DNA of 64,000 nt. Source: Bacilli bacterium (GTDB lineage: Bacteria > Bacillota_I > Bacilli_A > RF39 > UBA660). The stretch's first letter is position 1. Every line of letters starts with the position of its first letter. The stretch is from the NCBI GenBank assembly GCA_045541255.1, contig JAZQIU010000022.1:4264-68263 (forward strand), given 5' to 3'. The notes under the pieces are model-generated. The model was not told the DNA's origin, made no database searches, and saw only the letters and a list, made by a program, of their open reading frames with translations. Position numbers and translations under genes: made by a program. Below are positions 35,801 through 44,146 of the stretch, piece by piece.

Positions 35801-36202
35801 ATGTGCATTTGCTTCTATATCTTTCTTATATCCTTGCCAAACTAATACAGCATCTTCAGGATGGTTCATTGCATTTCGATACATTGCATCTGGAGCATAT
35901 CTTGCACCAGTTCCTTCTGGTTGTACTTTATCAATATCATAAGGATGAATTCCAACGATAGATTCACCTATTCCTAACTTATTTAATGTTCTAGTAACAA
36001 ATCCAGTACAAGTACCAATTTCCCAATAACCCCAATCTGAATAAGTTTGAGCTGTTTCAATAATTTTATCACCATCAACTGTTGCTAACGCATGAGCTTC
36101 AGGTAATTTAAAAGGTATTCCTGTAAACGACGATAAAAATACTCCTATAACCATAAAAATACTACAAGTCTTTTGAAAAATCCTTTTTAAATTTTTCTTC
36201 AC
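32801..36202 (-). CDS. large surface adhesin: signal peptide, N-terminal Cys/His papain-like (CHAP/NlpC-P60-like) domain, multiple SpaA/Cna-B-type fold repeats, C-terminal TM plus basic tail
   Basis: GTG start after GAAAGGAG. Signal peptide: IFMVIGVFLSSFTGIPFKLPEAHA. Candidate Cys/His: CTGFVTRTL ... NGHVSFMH. Repeated blocks of the type G-x-hydrophobic-x-hydrophobic-x-K-x-D...L-x-G-A-x-Y-G-L-Y / GVVFGLYA...GSYxxxExxAPxGY are typical of Cna-B/SpaA domains. The protein ends LLPVIQTAYDVDANVYIIVGSLSIVGLLVGTILLCKKKKNKR. Confidence 0.8.
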   Translation of the reverse strand: MKKNLKRIFQKTCSIFMVIGVFLSSFTGIPFKLPEAHALATVDGDKIIETAQTYSDWGYWEIGTCTGFVTRTLNKLGIGESIVGIHPYDIDKVQPEGTGARYAPDAMYRNAMNHPEDAVLVWQGYKKDIEANAHLFKNGDLIIERIQDKANPDGNGHVSFMHIYGNTIASYGAGTRGIYDSVYATDVNFNTNATAMSNTNNNSGIMLLAAPSWVNGNDYISVFRLTQVEPEYDKLSSEKSADEKVEVAFHKIDNETGKPLSGVTVDFYRDGVKFATGTTGEDGYAKATSTTTFTSTSEEKEYCTNYDELDDEGKQEVIDKGAYKYKLDAQASADAEAQRNANALASQTHRYSVVETQTKTKYWLDDNNKTVSDSLTGSGSITLNLKNERVTGSAKIQKIDYDSTVAQNEASLDGAIYGLYANETILDPADASIIYKAGEEVARVRIENGEGLVEDLYLGSYIWKEITAGEGYKLDTNTYPINLEYEGQSVKTVTAKTTVSEKVITGNFEIEKVITSGDEDSGVVEKEQGAEFMVVAKKYVDKYGTIEKAWEHRTEFTNKEYDYLTTNKNGYAKSKDLAYGNFVIKQVKGQMDLEMVKDEWTFTVSRENQDTIKYIVNNKIFMSYVRLVKKDAETDNTITLSNTTFKILDLSTNETLKQKVGDKTLEEWTTNESGEFVLPLEVKAGSYKLIEIKSPNLYLMNNEGVEFKVTNSNIIETDPDGDAITTVVMYDEPVKGIINVEKQGEVLTGVTQNEDGSYTFDYNKVCLGGMTVEIEAREDIIDPADGSILFAKGTVVDTITTQDYSCENFSSELPLGSYTVYETSAPNGMILDKNKYDIDLTFKDNETEVIIETLSITNERQKVELDITKLDKDDETPLEGVVFGLYATKDILRQYREPMPRSVNRNVLIEAGTLIETAISDKDGKVIFNADLPLSFDDETYFEVKEIESLEGYYGSEDIISINTKYQGQNKEKVETSNTIYNEAIKNYILVNKVDSLSMENIISKDFSFNLCTDAECENVVDTFYADQETGTALIDIKFGTWFVKEASAPLGYSLSDEVVKVVLNSEGLYVNDELVETDEELTYSIVYQNYLLPVIQTAYDVDANVYIIVGSLSIVGLLVGTILLCKKKKNKR

Positions 36203-36330
36203 TCTTAATCTCCTTTCAACTATATACGACTCGTAAAACTAAAAATACTTTTAAGACTATTCTTTATATTTTATTCGATCGTTCCTCCTTCCTTTTTAAT
36301 CCATAATATATAGATAAATTTTTAAACATC

Positions 36331-36357
36331 AAAAAAGAGAAATAAAGTTATTTCTCT
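36331..36357 (-). terminator. rho-independent terminator downstream of the XRE-membrane regulator gene
   Basis: The minus strand reads AGAGAAATAA-CT-TTATTTCTCT followed by TTTTTTGA. Confidence 0.6.
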
Positions 36358-36530
36358 TGCCTTTTCATTATAATTTATCTATATTACCATAATAGCACAT
36401 TTTAAGCGGAAGGTAAACGGAAATTCAAAAAAATTTAACATCAATTTTTCCCTTATTTTATAAGGGTTTGCGAGTTTCTTAAAAAAATATTTTTTTTCAA
36501 TTTTTTAAAAAGTCGAAAAATTTATATTTT

Positions 36531-37439
36531 CTAGTTATTTTCTTCATTGTACATTCTTGCTTTAGAATCTTTTTGCATCTCGTATCCATACTCAAATATG
36601 TAAGACATACTAAATATAATTAAAATTTCTAATATACTCATCAATTCAAATGGACTATTTCCATCAGATAGTCCTAGTAATGAATTAAATATTACTCCTG
36701 ATATTGGTGTTATTATAATTAATGCAATCATTAAATATGAAATCTTTTTTATAAAAGTTACATTATCCAAAGTAAATGGTGTATTATTATTTTTTATATT
36801 ATTGAATAACTTCTCAACATAACTTAATATAACTATCATGATAAAAATATCTACTAATAAAAATACAAGTCCTGCTTCAATATATCCAATTATTTTTACA
36901 TTAGAATTAGTATTAAACATTTCAATAACATCATAATCTTCATCTTCAATATCAAATTCACCAACAATAATATCATAAATTTCAATTTTATTTTCATCTA
37001 TTATTTTGATATTTTCCGTTTTAAATCCTATTTCATTATTCTTGATTTCAACATTATTAATTACATAAGGAACTAATATCATTGCTAATATAATAAATGG
37101 TATTGCAACCTTTAAAACAATTGCACCAATTTTTCCTATCATACTAATTACATTACTTAATGTTTTAACTTCTTTTTGTTTCTTTTCATTAAACTTAACA
37201 ACATTCATAATAATCTCTTCATCTAATGAAGAAATATCTGTCATATCAGTATGAACAAGATCATTCAATTTACAATTAAATATTTTACATAATTCTAAAA
37301 TATTATTCATTTCTGGATATGATTCGCCATTCTCCCATTTTGATACTGATTGTCTTGTTACATTTACTTTTTCTGCTAATTGTTCTTGCGACATTTTTTT
37401 ATTTTTTCTTATTTGTCTTAAATTATCTCCAAACTTCAT
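36531..37439 (-). CDS. XRE-family HTH regulator fused to a multi-pass membrane domain (DUF2975-like)
   Basis: MKFGDNLRQIRKNKKMSQEQLAEKVNVTRQSVSKWENGESYPEMNNILELCKIFNCKLNDLV is followed by about 4 TM segments. The preferred start (37439) lies 8 nt after AAAGGAG. Confidence 0.8.
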   Translation of the reverse strand: MKFGDNLRQIRKNKKMSQEQLAEKVNVTRQSVSKWENGESYPEMNNILELCKIFNCKLNDLVHTDMTDISSLDEEIIMNVVKFNEKKQKEVKTLSNVISMIGKIGAIVLKVAIPFIILAMILVPYVINNVEIKNNEIGFKTENIKIIDENKIEIYDIIVGEFDIEDEDYDVIEMFNTNSNVKIIGYIEAGLVFLLVDIFIMIVILSYVEKLFNNIKNNNTPFTLDNVTFIKKISYLMIALIIITPISGVIFNSLLGLSDGNSPFELMSILEILIIFSMSYIFEYGYEMQKDSKARMYNEENN

Positions 37440-37551
37440 TAGATTAACTCCTTTCGTATATAAGTTTAATATTTTATATGTTTTTTTTACATCAATTTTC
37501 AGTTGCATTTCATTTTTGCAACTCTAAATTTACATTAATATTATAACATAA

Positions 37552-37584
37552 GAAAAGCAAATCTTTTTATAAGATCTGCTTTTA
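37552..37584 (-). terminator. rho-independent terminator (structurally bidirectional)
   Basis: The minus-strand RNA reads AGCAGAUCUU-AUAAA-AAGAUUUGCU (10 bp including one G.U) followed by UUUUC. It has A/T runs on both sides. Confidence 0.6.
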
Positions 37585-37632
37585 TATTTTTTATATTTAA
37601 AAATCATAAAAATATGATTTATTATACTACTA

Positions 37633-37875
37633 TTAACTTGCTTTAACTTCAATTAATTTGCCAATTTCTCTTTCTGATAAAACTTTACCTTGGCAAATTA
37701 CATTACCATCTATTACTAATCCAGGAACATTCTTTATATTATATTTTTTTATAGTATTAGGAGTGTCATTTTTTTCAACTGTTGCATCTGGATTATACTT
37801 CTCAATAGCTCTACTAGCCATTTTATATAACTGCATTCCGTTCTTACATTTACTTCCAACTATTTCTATTTTTAT
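37633..37875 (-). CDS. thioredoxin-fold protein of the 'redox-active disulfide protein 2/Thioredoxin_3' type with monothiol C-x-x-G site; probable ATA start
   Basis: The track ORF (37633-37836) begins mid-domain. Upstream in frame the sequence reads S-Y-I-K-I-E-I-V-G-S-K-C-K-N-G, preceded by TGA. Paralogue 50102-50347 starts MIVEIVGSDCEKG, so the domain must begin at the ATA (37875-37873), 4 nt after GGAAGGTGAAG. Confidence 0.6.
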   Translation of the reverse strand: MKIEIVGSKCKNGMQLYKMASRAIEKYNPDATVEKNDTPNTIKKYNIKNVPGLVIDGNVICQGKVLSEREIGKLIEVKAS

Positions 37876-37994
37876 ATAACTTCACCTTCCTTTCCTTAAT
37901 TTATTAATTCAAATATTAATCTAATTTTAAATAACATCACCTCATCTTTCTATAATTCATTCTATCATCCAATAATTAATTATTTATTATAAAA

Positions 37995-38015
37995 TAATTA
38001 AGAATTATTAATAAA
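37995..38015 (+). repeat. intergenic AT motif copy (degenerate G-variant): TAATTAAGAATTATTAATAAA
   Basis: Member of the TTATTAA[A/G]AATTATTAAA family. It abuts the csp terminator. Confidence 0.6.
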
Positions 38016-38018
38016 AAA

Positions 38019-38048
38019 AATAGTATGAATTTAGGCAGTCATACTATT
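38019..38048 (-). terminator. rho-independent terminator of the cold-shock gene
   Basis: Perfect 10-bp stem AATAGTATGA/TCATACTATT with a 10-nt loop containing the csp stop codon. On the minus strand it is followed by T8. Confidence 0.7.
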
Positions 38049-38279
38049 TTGATTGTATCTTGCATAGCTTGCTTTTTTTATAACATTCACATCTAATGCT
38101 TTATTCTTTTCTTCATCATACAAAAACTCAACTATATCGTTCTCGTATAAGTTTTTATATCCATCAGATTTAATATCAGTATAATGAACATAAATGTCTT
38201 TATCCATTTTTTCATTATTTATAAAACCATATCCGAGTTTACTATTAAACCAACGAACTTTTCCTTTTAAAGATTTCAT
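38031..38279 (-). CDS. cold-shock domain protein (divergent CspA family) with C-terminal extension
   Basis: MKSLKGKVRWFNSKLGYGFINNEKMDKDIYVHYTDIKSDGYKNLYENDIVEF has RNP1-like LGYGFI and RNP2-like IYVHY. The preferred start is the 4th Met, 9 nt after GGAGG. Confidence 0.8.
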   Translation of the reverse strand: MKSLKGKVRWFNSKLGYGFINNEKMDKDIYVHYTDIKSDGYKNLYENDIVEFLYDEEKNKALDVNVIKKASYARYNQNSMTA

Positions 38280-38341
38280 ATACATCATCCTCCTAGTAAT
38301 TATATATTACAATCTTTTTATTAAGTTTTTTTAATAATTTA

Positions 38342-38357
38342 ATTAAAAATTATTAAA
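38342..38357 (+). repeat. intergenic AT motif copy: ATTAAAAATTATTAAA
   Basis: A 16-nt exact match to the A-variant 17-mer found at 48082, 52087 and 52267. Confidence 0.55.
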
Positions 38358-38399
38358 TTAATTATATTAGAAGTTAGATTATTTTTAACCTATAAAATA

Positions 38400-38408
38400 T
38401 GGTATAAT
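38400..38408 (+). promoter_or_regulatory. extended -10 promoter element TGgTATAAT for the plus-strand acyltransferase gene
   Basis: TGGTATAAT lies 10 nt upstream of the annotated TTG start. This implies a very short leader, or use of the second TTG (38428). Confidence 0.4.
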
Positions 38409-38418
38409 GTAATAGAGG

Positions 38419-39195
38419 TTGATAGCTTTGAAAAAATTTAAACAAAAAACAAACTATTATCAAAGTTATTCTGATGAATTTGTTAAATCTAAGAATCAAA
38501 ATATTAAATTAAAAGAAAATTTTAAGTGGAAACATACTAATTTTTTCTACATTGTATTTTCAAATATTATATATTTTATATTCATGATCTTTGGATTAAT
38601 TTATTGCAAATTGATATTAAGAGTAAAGTTTGTTAATAAAGATATAATTAAATCGGATAAAGGATTTTATATATTTGCTAACCATACACAAATGATTGGT
38701 GATGCTTTTATTCCAGCTTTAACAATTTATCCTAAGAAAACAAAAGTGATTGTTAATCCTGCTAATTTAGGAATACCAATTTTAGGTAATTTCCTTCCTA
38801 TGTTAGGTGCCTTACCTATTCCAGATGATATTCACAAAAAAATGGAATTATTTGATGCAATGAAATATTATATTTCTAAAAAGCAATGTGTTGTAGTATA
38901 TCCTGAAGGACATTTGTGGCCTTGGTGTACAGAAATAAGACCATTTGAAAAAACTGCATTTAGATTTCCAGCAGCATCAAATGTTCCTTCGTTTTGTCTA
39001 ACTACTACATATCAAAAAAGTAAATATTTTAAAAAACCGAAAATTACTGTTTATTGTGACGGACCATTTTACTGCGATAATACTTTAACCGAAAAAGAAA
39101 ATGCTAAAAAATTACAGGAACAGATTTATAACAAAATGTTAGAAAGAAGTAAAAATAACAATTTTAAATATATCAAATATCAAAAAAAAGATTAA
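38419..39195 (+). CDS. PlsC-family (lysophospholipid/glycerol-phosphate) acyltransferase-like membrane protein
   Basis: N-terminal TM, FANHTQMIGDAF (H-x-n-D box, spacing atypical) and VVYPEGHLWP (FPEG-like box). TTG start; the alternative TTG at 38428 has better spacing from AGAGG. Confidence 0.6.
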   Translation: MIALKKFKQKTNYYQSYSDEFVKSKNQNIKLKENFKWKHTNFFYIVFSNIIYFIFMIFGLIYCKLILRVKFVNKDIIKSDKGFYIFANHTQMIGDAFIPALTIYPKKTKVIVNPANLGIPILGNFLPMLGALPIPDDIHKKMELFDAMKYYISKKQCVVVYPEGHLWPWCTEIRPFEKTAFRFPAASNVPSFCLTTTYQKSKYFKKPKITVYCDGPFYCDNTLTEKENAKKLQEQIYNKMLERSKNNNFKYIKYQKKD

Positions 39196-39227
39196 AAAAA
39201 TAATCTTTTTTCTTTAGTTAAAATTAG

Positions 39228-40094
39228 CTATATTTCTTTTTTTAAACCAGCAATATCACTTAATTCAAATGTATAATCAAGTTTCTTTTTATAAACTTTC
39301 TCATACATTTCTTTTTTTTGAGTATAATCTATATTAGACATTTCAATACTGTTTGTTTTTATAGTTTTATTTTTATCAGGTAATATAGGCTTTAAAATAT
39401 GAATTTTATATAAAACTTCAAAAAATTCATCATTGTCATCAATATTTGTATCAATCATTTCAACAAAACAAGATATAATTGGAACATTAAATTCATAAGC
39501 AAATTGATATGCTCCTCTCTTTAATGGTCTAGGTTTTCTATAATTAAACCACATTTCTTCTTCTGGATATATTAATACGATATTACCTTTATCTAAAGCT
39601 TTCTTTAATTCTTGACTAAATGTTTTAATTAAATACTCTGGACTTTTACTTATTGGGATAACATCCATATAATTCATTAAAAATCCTAAATTACCTGACA
39701 TCGCTAAATTGGTGTCTTGAATTACTGTGTACATTTTTCTTTTTAATAATTTTTCAACTACTTTTCTTTCACATAAACTATCTAATGGATTAAAGTGATT
39801 AGCAGTAATAATTGCACCATGACTTAAATCTAGTTCTTTTAAATTCTCTTCTCCACATATTGCTATTTGTTTATACATTTTTTTAGCCATTTGACTTACG
39901 ATTAAATTAGCTTCTTTATTTTTTATGTTATATGTAGATTTTAATTTATTTTGATAAAATTTATCTAAATATTTTTTTATTTCATCACTGTTGATATTTG
40001 GATCATCAACTTCTACTTTTTTATTCAATTCATTATTTAAAATATTTGTTTTGATATTTTCAATAACTTTAGATTTACTACCACCTATTATCAT
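39228..40094 (-). CDS. PlsC-family acyltransferase (HX4D)
   Basis: ITANHFNPLDSL (HX4D) and LIYPEEEMW (PEG-like box). It is the last gene of the GT8/ACP operon. Confidence 0.65.
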   Translation of the reverse strand: MIIGGSKSKVIENIKTNILNNELNKKVEVDDPNINSDEIKKYLDKFYQNKLKSTYNIKNKEANLIVSQMAKKMYKQIAICGEENLKELDLSHGAIITANHFNPLDSLCERKVVEKLLKRKMYTVIQDTNLAMSGNLGFLMNYMDVIPISKSPEYLIKTFSQELKKALDKGNIVLIYPEEEMWFNYRKPRPLKRGAYQFAYEFNVPIISCFVEMIDTNIDDNDEFFEVLYKIHILKPILPDKNKTIKTNSIEMSNIDYTQKKEMYEKVYKKKLDYTFELSDIAGLKKEI

Positions 40095-40096
40095 AT

Positions 40097-41053
40097 TTAC
40101 AATCTACTTTCTTTTCCACTTTCAAAAAGATTTAAAAAAGTATTTTTACTATTAGCAATATCTAAACCATTTTTAATCATGAGTTCCATATGTTTACTAT
40201 CTTCTTCTCTATCTTTATCAGAATAATTTTCTTTAATACTTTTTATCTCTTCATAATATTCAACTATCTTTGCATATTTCCAAAAATATTCTTCATAATC
40301 TACATTATCATAATGCCATGGCTTATAAAATAAGTTGTAATGAATTAATGACGGATTATCAACTGGTTTTACCCCAGGAACTGGCATTGTGTCCCAAGTA
40401 TTATCTAAATAATGTATTTTACCCTTACACATTGCATTTAAATAATCTTGATCTGGTGCTATACAATTAATATGATATTTATTAAATAAATATAAGAATC
40501 TTTCATCTAATTTAACTTCCCTTAGTTTTTTTGAATTTAGTAGAAGGACACCAGAATTAATATAATAATGTTTATCCACTCCAACAGCATTTTCTATATA
40601 ATAAGCAAGTGGTTCAACATCAACTACAGAAGTATCTCTTACTGCACCTATTAAATTATCTTTCAAATCAATATTATATAATTTACTAATATCACCAGGT
40701 ACTACTATATCACTATCTAAGTAAATACATTTATCATATTCATTAAACATTTCTGGTATAAATAATCTAAAGAAAATAGTTAGAGTAAAGAAATCTGCTC
40801 TTAATCTTGTTCCCATCTTATCTGTTATACATTCTAATCTTTTATCCATTTCGTAAAATTCTATTCTTACATAATCAGTTTCTAATCTTTTTAATTTATT
40901 TTTGTTTTCTTCTGTTAAATTTTCATGTATAACATGAATCTTATAATCATAATCCTTACTTGCATTTTCAATTAATGATTTAACTGCAACTGCTAAAAAT
41001 TTAGCGTAGCCATCATCTATTGTAAAAAATATTGGTATTAATTGTTTTTTCAT
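40097..41053 (-). CDS. glycosyltransferase family 8
   Basis: IYLDSDIVVPGDISKLYNIDLKDNLIGAVRD, YINSGVLLLNSKKL, PDQDYLN and IHYNLFYKPWH form the GT8 (RfaJ/GspA-type) motif set. Confidence 0.85.
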   Translation of the reverse strand: MKKQLIPIFFTIDDGYAKFLAVAVKSLIENASKDYDYKIHVIHENLTEENKNKLKRLETDYVRIEFYEMDKRLECITDKMGTRLRADFFTLTIFFRLFIPEMFNEYDKCIYLDSDIVVPGDISKLYNIDLKDNLIGAVRDTSVVDVEPLAYYIENAVGVDKHYYINSGVLLLNSKKLREVKLDERFLYLFNKYHINCIAPDQDYLNAMCKGKIHYLDNTWDTMPVPGVKPVDNPSLIHYNLFYKPWHYDNVDYEEYFWKYAKIVEYYEEIKSIKENYSDKDREEDSKHMELMIKNGLDIANSKNTFLNLFESGKESRL

Positions 41054-41859
41054 ACTACTTTTCCTTTCAATTCTAGATATTTATCTAATATATCATCTAA
41101 TTCATATGTATTTAATACTTCGTGTAATTTATCTATATGCCACGGTTTTATAGATTGTGTTTTAAATGGAAATAATTTAAATGTTGTTGAAAAATGTCTA
41201 AACACAGTATCAGATTTTATACATTTTTGTTCATTATATTTGCTTTTTAAAATTAATTTGTTTTTTGCGAATTTATTTAAAGCATGTTGATCTGGCAATA
41301 ATAATTCTTTTTCTTTACACATCTTTCTACATTTTTCAAATAACCTTGTTTCTTTTATCAATTGTAAATTTATAAGTAATACTCCTGAATTTATATAATC
41401 TCTTTTAAATATGTTTTTTCGATAAAACCAGCTACCATAACGATCGAATACTCCTGCATATTCTATATTAGTTAAATCTATGTTATAAAATTCATCAAAG
41501 GATTTTAAGCAAACCACATCATTATCTAAATATAAGATTTTATCTGGTAATTCACTGATTTTATCTGCATATAATCTTAGCATACAATATGGGGTAAATC
41601 TTGTTTGCAAATTTGCAGTTGGAGGATCATTAAAGAAATATTCGTCAGTATTTATTTTGTTTATCGAACTATTTTTATTTACTTTCTTAATTTCTTTTTC
41701 CAACAATTTTATTATATTATCACTAACTGGTTGTTTATCTCCATATTTCATCGTCATTACATAAAAATTAATTTGAGAATTTGTGTTTTTTAGAATAGAT
41801 AATATAGAAATAATTAATCCATCTTCTATATTTTTATCTCCACAATAAAGTATATTCAT
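41050..41859 (-). CDS. glycosyltransferase family 8
   Basis: LYLDNDVVCLKSFDEFYNIDL, YINSGVLLINLQLI, PDQHALN and IKPWH. It has a 4-nt ATGA overlap with the next gene. Confidence 0.8.
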   Translation of the reverse strand: MNILYCGDKNIEDGLIISILSILKNTNSQINFYVMTMKYGDKQPVSDNIIKLLEKEIKKVNKNSSINKINTDEYFFNDPPTANLQTRFTPYCMLRLYADKISELPDKILYLDNDVVCLKSFDEFYNIDLTNIEYAGVFDRYGSWFYRKNIFKRDYINSGVLLINLQLIKETRLFEKCRKMCKEKELLLPDQHALNKFAKNKLILKSKYNEQKCIKSDTVFRHFSTTFKLFPFKTQSIKPWHIDKLHEVLNTYELDDILDKYLELKGKVV

Positions 41860-41862
41860 ACA

Positions 41863-42324
41863 CTACTCCTTATCACTTAAACAGATTGAGTAAATATAAT
41901 CTTTATATTTTCCTTCAATATATTTATTTTTTAATTTAACAGTATCAACTTTTTTTAATCCATAACTAATTCCATATCCTAACATTTTTAGATAACTTTC
42001 TTTTTTTGTCCAAATTCTAGTAAAATCTAATTCTTTATTTTTAGATTTATCTATAATTGCTAATTCATTGTTTGTAAAATGTTTTAAAACATTCGGATAG
42101 TATTTTAAACTTTGTATATCTACTCCAACATCTTTATTCGATATTACACATATACAAATATTTTTGGTATGACTAATACTAAAATGAATATTAGAATATT
42201 CTTTTAAAAATGGTTTACCATAGTCGTTATAATTTATACTATAGTCATATATTAAATGTTCTGATAATGCCTTTTTTAATAACTCCCCGCTATGAATATT
42301 TTCTTCTATATAAATCTTATACAT
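41863..42324 (-). CDS. 4'-phosphopantetheinyl transferase (short Sfp-like)
   Basis: FSISHTKNICICVISNKDVGVDIQ and WTKKESYLKMLG, the PPTase superfamily motifs. It overlaps the carrier-protein gene by 8 nt. Confidence 0.75.
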   Translation of the reverse strand: MYKIYIEENIHSGELLKKALSEHLIYDYSINYNDYGKPFLKEYSNIHFSISHTKNICICVISNKDVGVDIQSLKYYPNVLKHFTNNELAIIDKSKNKELDFTRIWTKKESYLKMLGYGISYGLKKVDTVKLKNKYIEGKYKDYIYSICLSDKE

Positions 42325-42562
42325 TTTTTTCTATATAACTTATAATATCTTCAACTGTTTGAAAACATTTAATTTCTTCATCTTTAATACTTATTTTATA
42401 TTTCTTTTCAAATTCAGCTATTAAATTAACTATATCAAGCGATTCTAATTCTAAATCATTTAGTAAATTTGATTCTAATCTTATATTTTCCTTTGGAAAT
42501 TCTGTTATCTCTGATATTATTTCAATTACTTCATTTTTTAAATTTCTATTATTTTCTTTCAT
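42317..42562 (-). CDS. acyl carrier protein (dedicated)
   Basis: LLNDLELESLDIVNLIAEFE carries the phosphopantetheine-attachment (D/E)SL motif. The preferred start MKENNRN lies 7 nt after GAGGAG. Confidence 0.8.
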   Translation of the reverse strand: MKENNRNLKNEVIEIISEITEFPKENIRLESNLLNDLELESLDIVNLIAEFEKKYKISIKDEEIKCFQTVEDIISYIEKNV

Positions 42563-44132
42563 TATTGTACTCCTCACCAATTTTATTTCTAAGAATTTTT
42601 TTATTGTTATTCTTTATAAACTCACTTGTTCTCAATTTTACATAACTTATTTGACGATTTTTTGGAACAGATAAATTATATTTTTTTATAATGTTATCAA
42701 AATATGCTTGATTACCAAAATAATCATCCTCTGGATATATTTCAGCTATTATTCGGTTATCTTGTTCATATACCACTATTTCACAAATCCCTTTATTTTG
42801 TGAGATTTTCTTTTCTATTTCTTCAGGTGAAATATTTTCACCATTAGATAAAATTATTAAATTCTTTTTTCTACCTGTTATATATAAAAATCCATTTTCA
42901 TCTATATAACCTAAATCTCCCGTATGAAAACTTTTTTTGTTTAGCACCATATTAGTTGATTTTTTATCTTTATAATAACCTAGCATTACATTATCTCCAG
43001 TAACAACTATTTCTGAATCAACTATCTTCACATTACACCCTTTTATAAGTTTACCTACACTACCATCTCGATAATCCTTATTTCTATTTACTGCAACTAC
43101 AGGAGAACATTCTGTAATACCATATCCATTTAAAATTTCTATTCCAATACTTCTAAACCATTTAACATACTTCTGATTTAAAAAAGCACCACCACAAATT
43201 ATTTTATTTAAATTTCCTCCAAAGTTATCATGAATAGATTTAAATAAAGTCTTTCTTACATCTATACCGACTTTTAAAAGTCCGTTACTAATTTTTATAC
43301 TATTTTTCAATACTTTATCTTTTTTAGTTCTTCTAGCAGTTACCCATATTTGTTTATAAAAATTTTCTATAAATGCTGGAACTACAACCAAAGTATCAGG
43401 TTTAGCTATTTGCATCTCTTGTTGTATTCTTCTTAAACTACTATTAATAAATACTGTATAACCATAATAATAAGCCATTATTACACTTGTTATAAGTCCA
43501 AAAGTATGATGAAATGGTAACAAACATAATGTTGATCCTTCTAGTAAGAAATTACTACAAGAAGCATAAACATCATAAGCAATATTCTTTTGACTTAACA
43601 TAACACCCTTATTTGCTCCTGTTGTTCCAGATGTAAAAAATATAGCTGCACATTCATCATCATTTATTTTATGTTTATTATCGTATTGTTTTCCTTCGTT
43701 AATTAACATATCCATTTCTAAAAAGTGATGTTTTTGAATTTTTATATTCAAATCGTCCGTATATTTATTTGAATAAAACATAACATCGCTATCACTATTT
43801 TTTAATAGTTGTTTTAAGGTTTCATTATCTAAATCTTTATCAATTATAACTGCAACATTACCACTTATTATAATAGCGAAAAATAACACAATATATTGAT
43901 AACTATTTTCACCTACTATCGCAATATGTTTCTTTCTATAATTATAATTTAAATAATTACTTAAAAATATTACTTCATCATAAAATTCTTGATATGTTTT
44001 ATTTATTACTTTTTCACTTTCAAAAAATGAAAATGCAATATTACTATTATTTCTTTTTATTGTTAAATCCATTATTTCTTTTAAGTTATTCACTTTATGA
44101 TGTTTGTAATAATCATATGACCTATTCTTCAT
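42549..44132 (-). CDS. AMP-forming acyl ligase (fatty-acyl-AMP/CoA ligase family)
   Basis: IFFTSGTTGANKGV (AMP-binding motif), GYGITE and TGDLGYIDENGFLYITGRKKNLIILSNGENISPEEIE. The preferred start MKNRSYDYY lies 5 nt after AGGAGTG. Confidence 0.85.
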   Translation of the reverse strand: MKNRSYDYYKHHKVNNLKEIMDLTIKRNNSNIAFSFFESEKVINKTYQEFYDEVIFLSNYLNYNYRKKHIAIVGENSYQYIVLFFAIIISGNVAVIIDKDLDNETLKQLLKNSDSDVMFYSNKYTDDLNIKIQKHHFLEMDMLINEGKQYDNKHKINDDECAAIFFTSGTTGANKGVMLSQKNIAYDVYASCSNFLLEGSTLCLLPFHHTFGLITSVIMAYYYGYTVFINSSLRRIQQEMQIAKPDTLVVVPAFIENFYKQIWVTARRTKKDKVLKNSIKISNGLLKVGIDVRKTLFKSIHDNFGGNLNKIICGGAFLNQKYVKWFRSIGIEILNGYGITECSPVVAVNRNKDYRDGSVGKLIKGCNVKIVDSEIVVTGDNVMLGYYKDKKSTNMVLNKKSFHTGDLGYIDENGFLYITGRKKNLIILSNGENISPEEIEKKISQNKGICEIVVYEQDNRIIAEIYPEDDYFGNQAYFDNIIKKYNLSVPKNRQISYVKLRTSEFIKNNNKKILRNKIGEEYNNERK

Positions 44133-44146
44133 TTGAACACTCCTAA

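Noticed and set aside
36270-36294. A strong orphan Shine-Dalgarno sequence (minus sense AAGGAAGGAGGAAC) as the start of a missed gene or leader peptide.
   Set aside because: The only candidate downstream is ATC-GAA-TAA, a 2-codon 'ORF'. There is no ATG, GTG or TTG within a usable distance. It is kept only as a remark within the element-boundary finding.
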